32,000 bases of DNA from Xanthomonas campestris pv. campestris str. ATCC 33913 (GCF_000007145.1 NC_003902.1:3236497-3268496); one strand, 5' to 3'. Positions 1-8,880 are shown, numbered from the stretch's first letter. Numbers and translations are program-made. Notes: generated from the sequence alone by a model not told the origin.

Positions 1-254
1 AATGCAGTAGGTTGTCCCGATTCTAAGGCGCGGTTCTGCCGGCATTAGCTGCTGTAGCCGCATGCGTCTATGAAACACACTCATCACTGCCACGCCCGAA
101 TTAGACGGCCCCTTCACTCAGTGATGCGCTGTGCGTGCCGCCACCTCTGTCGAGATCGCTGACACCCTCTGCCGCCACGCCGCACATCAGCAGCGCTATC
201 GCATGACGCGCCGCAGGCAGGTGTTGGACCCTGCCCGCGCGCGCCGCGCCAGGC

Positions 255-1262
255 TCAGAATTCCAGCACGATCTTGCCCAGGTGACCACCGGCGTGTTGC
301 AACGCAAACGCCTCGGCGATGTCCTCCAGCGCAAACGAACGATCGATCACCGGCCGCAACGGCAAACCGTCCAGTGCCCGCACCAACTCCTGCTGATGCC
401 GGCGGCTACCCACCACCAAGCCTTGCAGCCGTTGCTGGCGTCCCATCATCTCGGCGGTGGGCACCGGGCCCGCGGCGCCGGTGAGCACACCGATCAAGGC
501 GATGTGCCCGCCCACGCGCGCAGCCTTGATGGACTGCGCCAGCGTGCCCGGGCCGCCGACTTCCACCACGTGGTCCACACCGCGCCCGTTGGTGATCTCC
601 AGCACCTGCGCCGCCCATTCGGTGTGCTGGCGATAATTGATGCAGTGGTCGGCACCGAGCGTACGCGCCGTCTCCAGCTTCTGGTCCGACGACGAGGTGA
701 CGATCACCATGGCGCCCATCGCCTTGGCGAACTGCAGCGCGAAGATCGACACGCCGCCGGTGCCAAGCACCAGCACGGTGTCGCCGGCCTTGATCCGGCC
801 ATTGACCACCAGGGCGCGCCACGCCGTGACGCCGGCGGTGGTCAAGGTGGCAGCTTCGGCATGGCTATAGCCGCGCGGCGCATGCGTGAAAGCCTGCGCA
901 GCCGCGACCACGGCCGAGCGTGCATAGCCGTCTACGCCGTCGCCAGGCGTGGTGGCAAAGCCGGCATGCAACGGCTCGCCATCCAGCCACTGCGGGAAGA
1001 ACGTAGACACCACGTGGTCGCCCACGGCGAAATCGCTGACGGCCTCGCCCACCGCCTCTACCACGCCAGCACCGTCGGACATCGGGATGCGGCCATCGGC
1101 GGTTGGCATCTGTCCGCTGACAATGCCCAGGTCATGGAAATTCAGCGAACTGGCATGCAGCCGCACGCGGATCTGGCCTGCCGCGGGCTGGCCGGGATCG
1201 GGCAACGCGACGGAGCTCAGTGACGCCAGGCCTGCTGGTTGCTGCAAACGAATGCCACGCAT
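255..1262 (-). CDS. NAD(P)H-dependent quinone oxidoreductase / zinc-type alcohol dehydrogenase family protein (MDR superfamily)
   Basis: ORF 255..1433 trimmed to the ATG at 1262 (MRGIRLQQPAG...), which has GAGGAG just upstream. MDR hallmarks are visible: the GAGVVEAVGEAVSDFAVGDHV block and the Rossmann motif LVLGTGGVSIFALQFAK. Confidence 0.85.
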   Translation of the reverse strand: MRGIRLQQPAGLASLSSVALPDPGQPAAGQIRVRLHASSLNFHDLGIVSGQMPTADGRIPMSDGAGVVEAVGEAVSDFAVGDHVVSTFFPQWLDGEPLHAGFATTPGDGVDGYARSAVVAAAQAFTHAPRGYSHAEAATLTTAGVTAWRALVVNGRIKAGDTVLVLGTGGVSIFALQFAKAMGAMVIVTSSSDQKLETARTLGADHCINYRQHTEWAAQVLEITNGRGVDHVVEVGGPGTLAQSIKAARVGGHIALIGVLTGAAGPVPTAEMMGRQQRLQGLVVGSRRHQQELVRALDGLPLRPVIDRSFALEDIAEAFALQHAGGHLGKIVLEF

Positions 1263-1531
1263 CGTGGTCTCCTCATACTGATGGGCCGCCCGGGATACCA
1301 CGCGCGCCGTTACGCGCATGCGGTCGCGTCTGCTGTGTGCACTTGCCACGCCGTGAACAATTGCAGCGGACCTGCGTGACGCAGTGCATCGCCAACGCCA
1401 ACGCCAACAGGCAAGCGGGCTATACCGCGACATCAGAAACTGCGGCCGCGATGGGCTGAGCGGTCAGTCACAAATCCGGATTGCACGCGCGGCGCGCCTG
1501 GCTGGCATCGGGCGCCACCACGTACGCTGGC

Positions 1532-3058
1532 ATGGCGGTTGCATCGGCTCTGCGTCCTGGACAAGGAAACACAGTGGTGTCGACAAGCAAGCAGTGGCGG
1601 CAACGTGCACAGCGCATCGCGCTGCATTTCGTGTTGACCGCATCCTGGATACTTCTGCTCGGTTCCGAATACTGGTCGATTCATGAGGAGCGCGACAGCG
1701 CCTTGCGGGCCGCGCAGACGCAGTCGTTGAACCTGGCCGACTCGCTGGCGCAGCACGCCAGCGACACCATGACCATCGCCGATGCGGTGTTGTCGGGGCT
1801 GGTTGCACGCCTGCAGCAGGACCGCGGCTCGGCAAACGAACATGCGGCGATGCATGCGTTTCTGGTCAGTGAGGCCCGCCGCTCGGAGCGCCTGCATGGC
1901 ATTTTCATCTACGCCGCCGATGGCCACTGGGTGAACTCGTCGCTGGGCAGCCTGCCGCGCACACACAACAATGCCGACCGCGCGTATTTCAAGTACCACC
2001 GCGACCACCGCGACGCACTGGTGTTCGTCGGGCCACCGGTGCAGAGCCGCTCGGACGGGCACTGGGTGATCACATTGAGCCGCCGCCTCACGACGCCGAG
2101 CGGCGAGTTCGATGGCGTGGCGCTGGTGACGCTGCGGCTGAAGTATTTCCAGGACTACTACAGCCGCTTCCAGGTTGGGGATCACGGCACCATCGGCCTG
2201 TTCAACGATGATGGCGTGGTGATCGTGCGGCGGCCGGAGCGCGACGACCAGACCGCCAGCTCGATCGCGGGCACGTCGCTGTACGTGACCATGCGCAACG
2301 AGCGCCGCGGCACGCTCACCTACCGCTTGCCCCTGGATGGCGTGCAACGCATTTCCAGTTTTGTGCCGGCCCGGCCCTACCCACTCACCGTGCTCACCGG
2401 CGTGGCAGTGGACGATGCGCTGGCCAATTGGCGCGCATCCGCACGCCAACGCATCATCATTGCCGTGCTCGGCTTCGTACTGCTGCTGGCCGTGGGCATC
2501 TGGCTGGACCTGCAGCTGCGCCGCATGCATCGCAATGAAGCGCGGCTCAGCTCCGAGGTCTGGGTGGATGCCTTGACCGGTATCGCCAACCGGCGCGCCT
2601 TCGACCACCGCCTGTCTGAGGCCTTGCAGGATGCCGTACACACGCAGGCGCCGCTGTCGGTGCTGATGATCGATGTCGACCACTTCAAGCTCTACAACGA
2701 CACCTACGGACACGTCAACGGCGATGCCTGCCTGCGCCTGATCGCAGGCGCGATTGCCGGCTGTGCACGGCGCAGCGACGACATCGCCGCGCGCTACGGC
2801 GGCGAGGAATTCGGCATGATCCTGCCGCACACCGACGTTGCCGGCGCGCTGCGCCTGGCCGATGCCATTCGCACGGCGGTGGCGGAGCTGGGGTTGATGC
2901 ATCTGACCAGCCCGACCAGTGCACATGTGACGGTCAGCGTTGGCGCTGCCACCTTTGAGCCGGGCGAAACACCGCTGACACCCGATGCGATCGTGCGCGA
3001 CGCGGACGGAGCGTTGTATCGGGCCAAACAGGGCGGCCGGGATCGGACGTCTGCCTGA
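1532..3058 (+). CDS. membrane sensor diguanylate cyclase (periplasmic Cache/PDC-like domain + GGDEF)
   Basis: 1532 is the first ATG of the ORF that opens at 1481 (TTG). GTG at 1574 behind AAGGAA is an alternative start. Two TM segments (IALHFVLTASWILLLG and IIIAVLGFVLLLAVGIWL) flank a ~270-aa extracytoplasmic region. The C-terminal GGDEF domain has active-site GGEEF and an RxxD I-site (RSDD) five residues upstream. Confidence 0.85.
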   Translation: MAVASALRPGQGNTVVSTSKQWRQRAQRIALHFVLTASWILLLGSEYWSIHEERDSALRAAQTQSLNLADSLAQHASDTMTIADAVLSGLVARLQQDRGSANEHAAMHAFLVSEARRSERLHGIFIYAADGHWVNSSLGSLPRTHNNADRAYFKYHRDHRDALVFVGPPVQSRSDGHWVITLSRRLTTPSGEFDGVALVTLRLKYFQDYYSRFQVGDHGTIGLFNDDGVVIVRRPERDDQTASSIAGTSLYVTMRNERRGTLTYRLPLDGVQRISSFVPARPYPLTVLTGVAVDDALANWRASARQRIIIAVLGFVLLLAVGIWLDLQLRRMHRNEARLSSEVWVDALTGIANRRAFDHRLSEALQDAVHTQAPLSVLMIDVDHFKLYNDTYGHVNGDACLRLIAGAIAGCARRSDDIAARYGGEEFGMILPHTDVAGALRLADAIRTAVAELGLMHLTSPTSAHVTVSVGAATFEPGETPLTPDAIVRDADGALYRAKQGGRDRTSA

Positions 3059-3185
3059 GCCGCCATGTTGTTTAGGTGGTCGTCGTTTGCGCTGCAGGTG
3101 GCGTGATGTTGGCCAGGGCTGTTTGAAATCGCCAGAGAGATCGCTGTGACGGCCCTTCGCTGTCAGCGCTGGTAAATCGCGGCGA

Positions 3186-3326
3186 CTACGGCTGGAAGTC
3201 GATCACCGCAAGCGTGCCCTGCGCCGCAGAGGATTCCAGATGCAGACGCCAACCGAAGCGTTCGCAGATGCGCCGGGTGAGGAACAGCCCCAGTCCCGCG
3301 CCACCGCCTTGCTCCGGCACCGCCAT
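3186..3326 (-). pseudogene. 5'-truncated remnant of a sensor histidine kinase (only ATP-lid/G2 box and C-terminus)
   Basis: My minus-strand translation gives MAVPEQGGGAGLGLFLTRRICERFGWRLHLESSAAQGTLAVIDFQP*, the GxGLGL G2 box and tail of a HATPase_c domain. An in-frame TAA lies two codons upstream of the Met, and no N-box or H-box follows upstream. It is high GC like the native genome and too short for the ORF track. Confidence 0.6.
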
Positions 3327-3787
3327 CCTTTAGCTGGCCTGCCTGCTCGTGCCCACGCATGAAGCTAGCTGCTCATTCCATGATGACCCCATCCATGAAC
3401 TCGGCAGCTGGAGGTCATCGCGTTTCTGCAGTCGGTGCTATGCGGTGAGCGCGGCCGACACCGCGACCACCACGGACTGGACGCTGCGCGGCAGAATGAC
3501 TGCAAAGCTGCATCGCAGTGACGTGGGCGGCAATCGTTTAACGGCCGGCTAAGCGAAGCCAGCTTGAACTTGTACCGCTTTCGCGGTGCTGCACGCCGCG
3601 CCGAGCAATCGAACGCTGACGCGGGAAAGCGCTTGGCGGACATGCTCACTTCGCCCAGGCAACGCAATTACGGGCTCTAGCCCACTTCCAAGCACAGCCG
3701 CATAAACATCTACCGGACTGATCTTCAGCGTCCATTTTTTTGCATGATAGTCAAGCTACACAGGCGCTCGATCATCGCGGTGAGGCT

Positions 3788-5104
3788 TCACATTGACGGG
3801 CGGTCCCAAGGCAGACACCAAGCCTCATCTTGCCCGACCGCGATGCAACCTCGCTCAAGATCAAATGGGACCACCATTAGCTGCAGCAGAGAGGAGTATG
3901 CGAACGCAGGCAATGGGCGATTAAATCGGACCGTTGATGGGTAGATCAGCAGCATCTCTCCCGCGGCGGGCAGATAACGATGACCATAAGCGAATAGCTG
4001 ATAGAAGTCAGATTGGCTGAGCTTATATTTGTCATTACTGCCACCCAAGGACTGGTCGAGCAGCTTCCACTTGGTGTCCAGCACCCAGGTCTGCTCACCC
4101 CGTTTGATGAGGAAGTCGGGCTTGAGCTGGAACCATTGCTGAGTGTCATGACCGCACAGGTACTGACTGGATGCCTGCGTCTTGAGTGTTGCACTCGTTG
4201 GAAGCGTCGTTCGTAGACAGGCTTCCACATAGCGCTCGAATATCTTTTCCATCGGGAAAAGCAAGCTGGTGCCATGCCACTCGCCCGATAACGATAACGG
4301 GGTCTGTTCGCCGAGAATCAGGGCGCACCAAGGACGTGCTGGCTGGTAATGCGCCAGCAAACGGTCACAGCGCCAACGACGGAAGTCGTCATTGACGTTG
4401 CGGCTGCGTGGCACTGGTGCGAGCAGAGCCGCCAGCTCGTGGGCCAGACGCCAATTACCGGCATCACGGGTAAGCCGGCAGACACGATCCAGCGCAGAGC
4501 ACAACAGTCGATTTTCGGGGCGGTCCGCATCAAACACATCGTGCTCGACCTGGAAGAAGTGATCGCGTCCCGGCGGCTGACGGAGTTGGCGCGGCACGTC
4601 AAGCCGGCCTCGCAGAAAGCGCTGTTCCTCTTGCACTCGGCGGTAGTCAAAGCGCAGACCGCGCTTTGCCAGGCTGTCCAACACCTGCAGGAATTGGCGC
4701 ATCACCCATTCGGTTAATGGTGCATCGAAGGTCTGGATTTCGGTCGGCAACGTCTCACGGGCAGGCACGTCCAGGCAGCGAGCCAGCATGGTGCGCAGAA
4801 GGCGGCGCGCCACGTCCCTGTTGTCGCCGTGCTCCGTTGTCTTCGGCAAGATCTCGATGCGCGTGCCGCAGGGTGTTTCGATCACCCCGACATAGCTGTC
4901 CAGCCGCAAGCAGCGGCGATCATCCACCTGCACCAGAGCGACACCCGACTTCCGCAGTCGAGCACTTTCCTGGCACAGCCAGTCGAACGCTGATTCCGGT
5001 ACGCGGGCAACGTCGAGAGATTCATCGGTAACGGCGGACGTGGTTAACCGCGCGTACTCCCTCACGACAACTAGCTTACGCACCGGCTCAGACCTTGCCG
5101 TCAC
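3788..5104 (-). CDS. mcrC: McrC-like PD-(D/E)xK nuclease subunit
   Basis: 438-aa ORF with a GTG start that overlaps the upstream mcrB-like gene by 17 nt. McrC-type blocks are present: LLFPMEKIFERYVE and the nuclease-like motif KPDFLI-x9-VLDTKWK (nt 4064-4123). GC is lower than in the flanks. Confidence 0.8.
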   Translation of the reverse strand: MTARSEPVRKLVVVREYARLTTSAVTDESLDVARVPESAFDWLCQESARLRKSGVALVQVDDRRCLRLDSYVGVIETPCGTRIEILPKTTEHGDNRDVARRLLRTMLARCLDVPARETLPTEIQTFDAPLTEWVMRQFLQVLDSLAKRGLRFDYRRVQEEQRFLRGRLDVPRQLRQPPGRDHFFQVEHDVFDADRPENRLLCSALDRVCRLTRDAGNWRLAHELAALLAPVPRSRNVNDDFRRWRCDRLLAHYQPARPWCALILGEQTPLSLSGEWHGTSLLFPMEKIFERYVEACLRTTLPTSATLKTQASSQYLCGHDTQQWFQLKPDFLIKRGEQTWVLDTKWKLLDQSLGGSNDKYKLSQSDFYQLFAYGHRYLPAAGEMLLIYPSTVRFNRPLPAFAYSSLLQLMVVPFDLERGCIAVGQDEAWCLPWDRPSM

Positions 5105-7616
5105 CGACGATGCCTAGATAGCTCTGCGGCTTGTGAAAGGCTTCTTCGTTCATTCGCCATGCCTTGGAATCCTGTGCTACCTGACCGGTATCGCCGAACA
5201 ACGAGTCCACCGAATAAGGGGCGGGTACGATGAAACGGAATCGCTCGTCTTTGCGATGATCGTTAAGTATCCACGCAATGCGCTGCCAGTCCTCGAAGAA
5301 GTATTCCTGAAGCAGCGGGATGATTTGCTGCCGAAAGATATTCGACAACCTCGAAAGGTCGTTGCTGTTTTCAAGCGACATAAAATAGGCATGCCCAAGC
5401 CGGTGCTCGCGATCGAGCAAGACCTCGATACGCCGATTCATCGTCTCAAGTACAGCCGAAATGTCGATTTCGGCAACTTTGACCCCGGTAAGCTTGTCCG
5501 GCCTGGGTGCCATCTCCACAAAGTCGAAGCGTCGACGAAGTGCGATGTCGAGGCCGGCCAATGAACGGTCTGCCGTGTTCATGGTCCCGATCAGATACAC
5601 GTTGTCCGGCACGCTGAATGGATCTTTCGAGTAGGGCAGCAATACCTCCAGTGCCTCGGCAGCACCTGAGCGCTTAGATGGCTCAATCAGCGTAATCAAC
5701 TCGCCGAAGATTCGCGAGACGTTACCTCGATTAATCTCATCGATGATCAACACGTGTGGTCTGTCAGCACCGGTCGCGATGCATTCGGATTTCAGGAGCT
5801 CCCGAAACTTGTCGTGGTCAATCGATCCCGCTCGAAGTTCGTACACGGTCATCTGGCTGAACCGATTTTCCATCAGCGCGCCGTACGGTAACGCTGGCTT
5901 GTAGCCGCGCAACCAGCGAACAGGCCTCGCTTGTGAATAGGTGTCACTATCCCGTGGCAGCAACTGATAGTCGCCGGTAATCTCGCCAATGGCGCGGAAT
6001 TTCAAGTTGCCTTCACTGACGACAATGAGATCACCCAACTTCATCTGGCAGACAAACGTCTTGATCGCTGTGATTGGATAGGCGCCAAGCGAGAGGGGTT
6101 CACCCGAGGCAGCAAACATCTTCTGGATATCTTCGCGGGACTGGCACTGCGAAAAGTCTGCGTTGTTGCCAAAGCCCATCAGGGCAAGACCTTTCTCCAT
6201 GCACTCCTCGAAGATGTGTCCCTCAGTGATCGAGTCGCCCAGCGAAAGCTTCCAGATGCGCCGGCCCGAGAGTTCCAGTGGGGCGTCATCGCTCCTGCGG
6301 ACCAGTCGGGTGCGCGCAGACTCGCAAAGCTCCTTGAAGACACCGTCTTCCACCTCATAGCGGACCTGCTTGGTATCCGGATCGGAGCTGGCGCTCAAGC
6401 CCTCAACGAAGTTTTCGTAGCTGAAGCTCTGGTGGAACGTTACGAACTGCACAAGGCCTTCCTTCGCGAGTTCGTCATAGCGCCGTTTGAGCGCCCTCCG
6501 GCGCTCGTTGCTCTCGTCATCGCCCAACTGCAAGAGAAAGGAAGGGTCGAGAATCTCCAAAGCCTTCTCGATAGCCTCGTAGGTCTTTCCTGTCCCCGGC
6601 GGTCCGAAAAGGATCTGGTTTAAAGGGGGGCGCACGGCGGCAGCCTCCTTCACTGATGCCCGTGCGGTGATTGTTGCCGCAGACGCAGTCGGACCGATCG
6701 CATGGACCGCTAACTTTGAGGACAAAAGGTAGGTCCCATCGCCATCCTGAGTCAAAGTGATGAGGTCCCCGGCCGCTGCACCAATGTCTTCGAAATAACC
6801 GCCCAGTCTGTGACGCAGACGAGCGCTACCGGGGCTAGAGACGCGTAGGTCGGTGTCGAACTCCAGACCTGTATCGGTGCGGAAATGCGCCACGTCGGCT
6901 GCTTCATTCGGTGTCTTGCCGCCGTACATGGTCTCCGGAAAGGGGGCGGAGATGAGATTGACCGGGAGATAGCCGTGCTTGATTGCACCCTCGCTCAGCT
7001 TGACGACAAACGGTGTGTCGGCGACCCAGTCTTTCCATAGCCGTTCACTGAACACGAAGATACTCTCATCCGCCTGACGCAGTCTTGCGAGGGCTTGGTA
7101 AAGCTCACTTTGAGGTGTTGTAGTGTCCGCAGCCGATAGGCCGAGAAAGTGCAAAAGAGGCTTACGCACGTAGACGCAAGGAGTACTCGGGTTTCGCAGC
7201 GGCTGATAGTGAAAGGCGATCTTCCAGCGGTAGGCAGCGCCAAGCGGGCTGTTGTCGATTTCGTCCAGTCGACCGTCACGAGCAGCCTCAGCAACGGCCA
7301 CCACATGTCCACGAATGGTCTGAAATGCCTCTTCGGGAGATGTGCCGAATCGGCGGTACCAGCCGTAGCGGTCGTCGTAAGCCAAGGACGTATCGCCCTC
7401 ACGCGCCCCCGTTTCCTTGCGGGAAAAGATTGCAAATTTGAAAGCGGACCCCCCGGCGATACTGCCGTAATCAACCAGCCGGAACTCCAGCCAGTAGACA
7501 AAACAGTCTTTGTCTCCCGCCGTGGTGTACTCGGCCAGAGTCATCTCGCGTAACCGCTCCAGCGGCCACACCTGAAGAAACTCACGCCACAAAGTGTCGT
7601 CCGTGCTGAAGGCCAT
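5088..7616 (-). CDS. mcrB: McrB-like AAA+ GTPase with extended N-terminus and an inserted domain
   Basis: 842 aa. Motifs seen: Walker A GPPGTGKT (res 338-345, nt 6582-6605), FHQSFSYENFVEG (res 394-406), the McrB-signature Walker B LIIDEINRGN (res 623-632, nt 5727-5750), GTMNTADRS and RRRF. ATG at 7616 lies 3 nt after the stop of the upstream ORF. Confidence 0.85.
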   Translation of the reverse strand: MAFSTDDTLWREFLQVWPLERLREMTLAEYTTAGDKDCFVYWLEFRLVDYGSIAGGSAFKFAIFSRKETGAREGDTSLAYDDRYGWYRRFGTSPEEAFQTIRGHVVAVAEAARDGRLDEIDNSPLGAAYRWKIAFHYQPLRNPSTPCVYVRKPLLHFLGLSAADTTTPQSELYQALARLRQADESIFVFSERLWKDWVADTPFVVKLSEGAIKHGYLPVNLISAPFPETMYGGKTPNEAADVAHFRTDTGLEFDTDLRVSSPGSARLRHRLGGYFEDIGAAAGDLITLTQDGDGTYLLSSKLAVHAIGPTASAATITARASVKEAAAVRPPLNQILFGPPGTGKTYEAIEKALEILDPSFLLQLGDDESNERRRALKRRYDELAKEGLVQFVTFHQSFSYENFVEGLSASSDPDTKQVRYEVEDGVFKELCESARTRLVRRSDDAPLELSGRRIWKLSLGDSITEGHIFEECMEKGLALMGFGNNADFSQCQSREDIQKMFAASGEPLSLGAYPITAIKTFVCQMKLGDLIVVSEGNLKFRAIGEITGDYQLLPRDSDTYSQARPVRWLRGYKPALPYGALMENRFSQMTVYELRAGSIDHDKFRELLKSECIATGADRPHVLIIDEINRGNVSRIFGELITLIEPSKRSGAAEALEVLLPYSKDPFSVPDNVYLIGTMNTADRSLAGLDIALRRRFDFVEMAPRPDKLTGVKVAEIDISAVLETMNRRIEVLLDREHRLGHAYFMSLENSNDLSRLSNIFRQQIIPLLQEYFFEDWQRIAWILNDHRKDERFRFIVPAPYSVDSLFGDTGQVAQDSKAWRMNEEAFHKPQSYLGIVGDGKV

Positions 7617-7619
7617 GGG

Positions 7620-7922
7620 TCACAGCTCCATTGTGGTTTGTCGCATCGTGCGAGGTGGGTGGCCGAGCGGGACCACATCGTTCTGGCACGTCCAACCCAG
7701 CCTCGTTTGCAGCTCGTTGGGCGTAAAGCGCTGTTTGCTGGCGTGCCAGTGTTCGCGCACCTCTTTGACGATCCAGTCGTCATCCGGGGTATGGCCGTTG
7801 GTGAAGCTGACCTCCTCACGGATCTGCGTCTGCACGTCCCAGCCTGCAGTATTGAGTGCGGGCGTGATGAGTTTCGTGCAGATATTGCGTTCGCTAAATT
7901 CCGTTCCCGCAGCCACTGCCAA
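7620..7922 (-). pseudogene. HsdR N-terminal-like short ORF (probable hsdR remnant, or a small first gene of the mcrBC-like operon)
   Basis: There is no ATG. The ORF opens with TTG (7922) or GTG (7916, with AGGGG 6 nt upstream). Residues FSERNICTKLITPALNTAGWDVQTQIREEVSFTNG match the conserved N-terminal motif of type I restriction R subunits as I remember it (SEa-T..kLI.PaL..aGW....i.eE..fT.Gri). The remaining ~55 aa show no nuclease or helicase motifs. The stop lies 3 nt before the mcrB ATG. Confidence 0.4.
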
Positions 7923-8107
7923 GCCCCTGGATACCTCTCAGAGAAACAGGCGGCGTCTGAAGCTTAACAAACACCTAGCTTCCCTTGCCAAAGCAGACAC
8001 ACAGGGCCCGGGCTCGATTCGAAAAATTTCATTTTGGAAAACGAAATCCCCCCGACGAGTCATGGGATTGGGAGTACAAATCTGACCACTGCGGTCTAAG
8101 TCGTGTC

Positions 8108-8626
8108 TTAGAACGGGATATCGTCGTCCGCAAAATCGTCCATCGGCGGCGCCGACTGCTGCTGGGCCGGCTGCTGACGGCGCGGTGCGTAGTCCTGACC
8201 GCCACCACCACCGCCGCCACCCTGCTGCTGGCGCGGGGCCTGCGTGCGCTGCGGGCGATCGCCGCCCATGCCGCCGCCACCGCCGCCTTCACCGCGGCCG
8301 CCGAGCATCTGCATCTCGTTGGCGACGATGTCGGTGCTGTACTTCTCTACGCCGTCCTGGCCGGTGTACTTGTCGTAGCGCAGCTCGCCTTCGACATACA
8401 CCTGCGAGCCCTTGCGCAGGTACTCACCGGCGATCTCGCCCAATTTTCCAAAAAACACCACGCGGTGCCACTCGGTGCGTTCCTGGTTATTGCCTTCGCG
8501 GTCCTTGCGCATGCTGGTGGTGGCCAGGCTCACGCGGGTGATCGCCATGCCGGCCTGGGTGTACTTGGTGTCGGGATCGTTGCCGAGGTTGCCGACGAGG
8601 ATGACTTTGTTGATGCCGCGGGCCAT
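8108..8626 (-). CDS. ssb: single-stranded DNA-binding protein
   Basis: The N-terminus [19 protein letters not shown] is an OB fold, followed by a Gly/Gln/Pro-rich linker and the canonical acidic tail DDDIPF. Confidence 0.95.
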   Translation of the reverse strand: MARGINKVILVGNLGNDPDTKYTQAGMAITRVSLATTSMRKDREGNNQERTEWHRVVFFGKLGEIAGEYLRKGSQVYVEGELRYDKYTGQDGVEKYSTDIVANEMQMLGGRGEGGGGGGMGGDRPQRTQAPRQQQGGGGGGGGQDYAPRRQQPAQQQSAPPMDDFADDDIPF

Positions 8627-8874
8627 AGGTGCTTCCGAGATGGTGCGCCGGCGCCGTGGGGCGCGAGGCGATGAATGTCTGTTCTTGGGCCAATGTTACC
8701 GCACCTGCCCACCACCGCACCTGACGCATTCCCTTGTCGGCAGGCCGGACAACCGCGCGTGGCGGGGTCGGGATCCTGCGCACCGGCAGCCGCGAAATGC
8801 CCGCCACAGCTGGTTCCGGGGCCACCGCGCAAGGGCTGGAACAGGCGCGGCGGGACGGATCTGGCCCGGGCACC

Positions 8875-8880
8875 TATAAT
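8875..8880 (+). promoter_or_regulatory. candidate -10 box (TATAAT) for ispB
   Basis: A perfect TATAAT in otherwise ~67% GC DNA, 26 nt upstream of the ispB ATG. There is no convincing -35 (GGGACG at 17-bp spacing). Confidence 0.3.

Larger units (their letters stand above)
3327..8107. other. lower-GC insertion (putative horizontally acquired defence islet); boundaries approximate
   Basis: Hand counts of 60-nt lines inside give 52-57% GC (e.g. 5101-5220), against ~70% in flanking genes (e.g. 12001-12060). The left edge coincides with the truncation point of the histidine-kinase remnant and the right edge lies before the ssb stop codon (8108). No integrase, tRNA or IS was seen. Confidence 0.55.

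Noticed and set aside
1-254. Possible gene end/start at the left edge (e.g. a minus-strand ATG at 84 reading out of the window; track ORFs 101-334 and 131-484)
   Set aside because: Only ~28 codons are visible with no recognisable motif, and the track ORFs overlap the oxidoreductase gene's 3' end. This cannot be supported from this window.
1433-2926. 497-aa ORF on the minus strand
   Set aside because: It is antisense to the GGDEF sensor gene, which has clear domain motifs, and its own product has no recognisable features.
3349-3667. 67-aa (+) and 100-aa (-) ORFs in the islet's left flank
   Set aside because: They have no motifs and odd composition, and they overlap each other. I treated them as non-coding or decayed sequence (see the junction finding).
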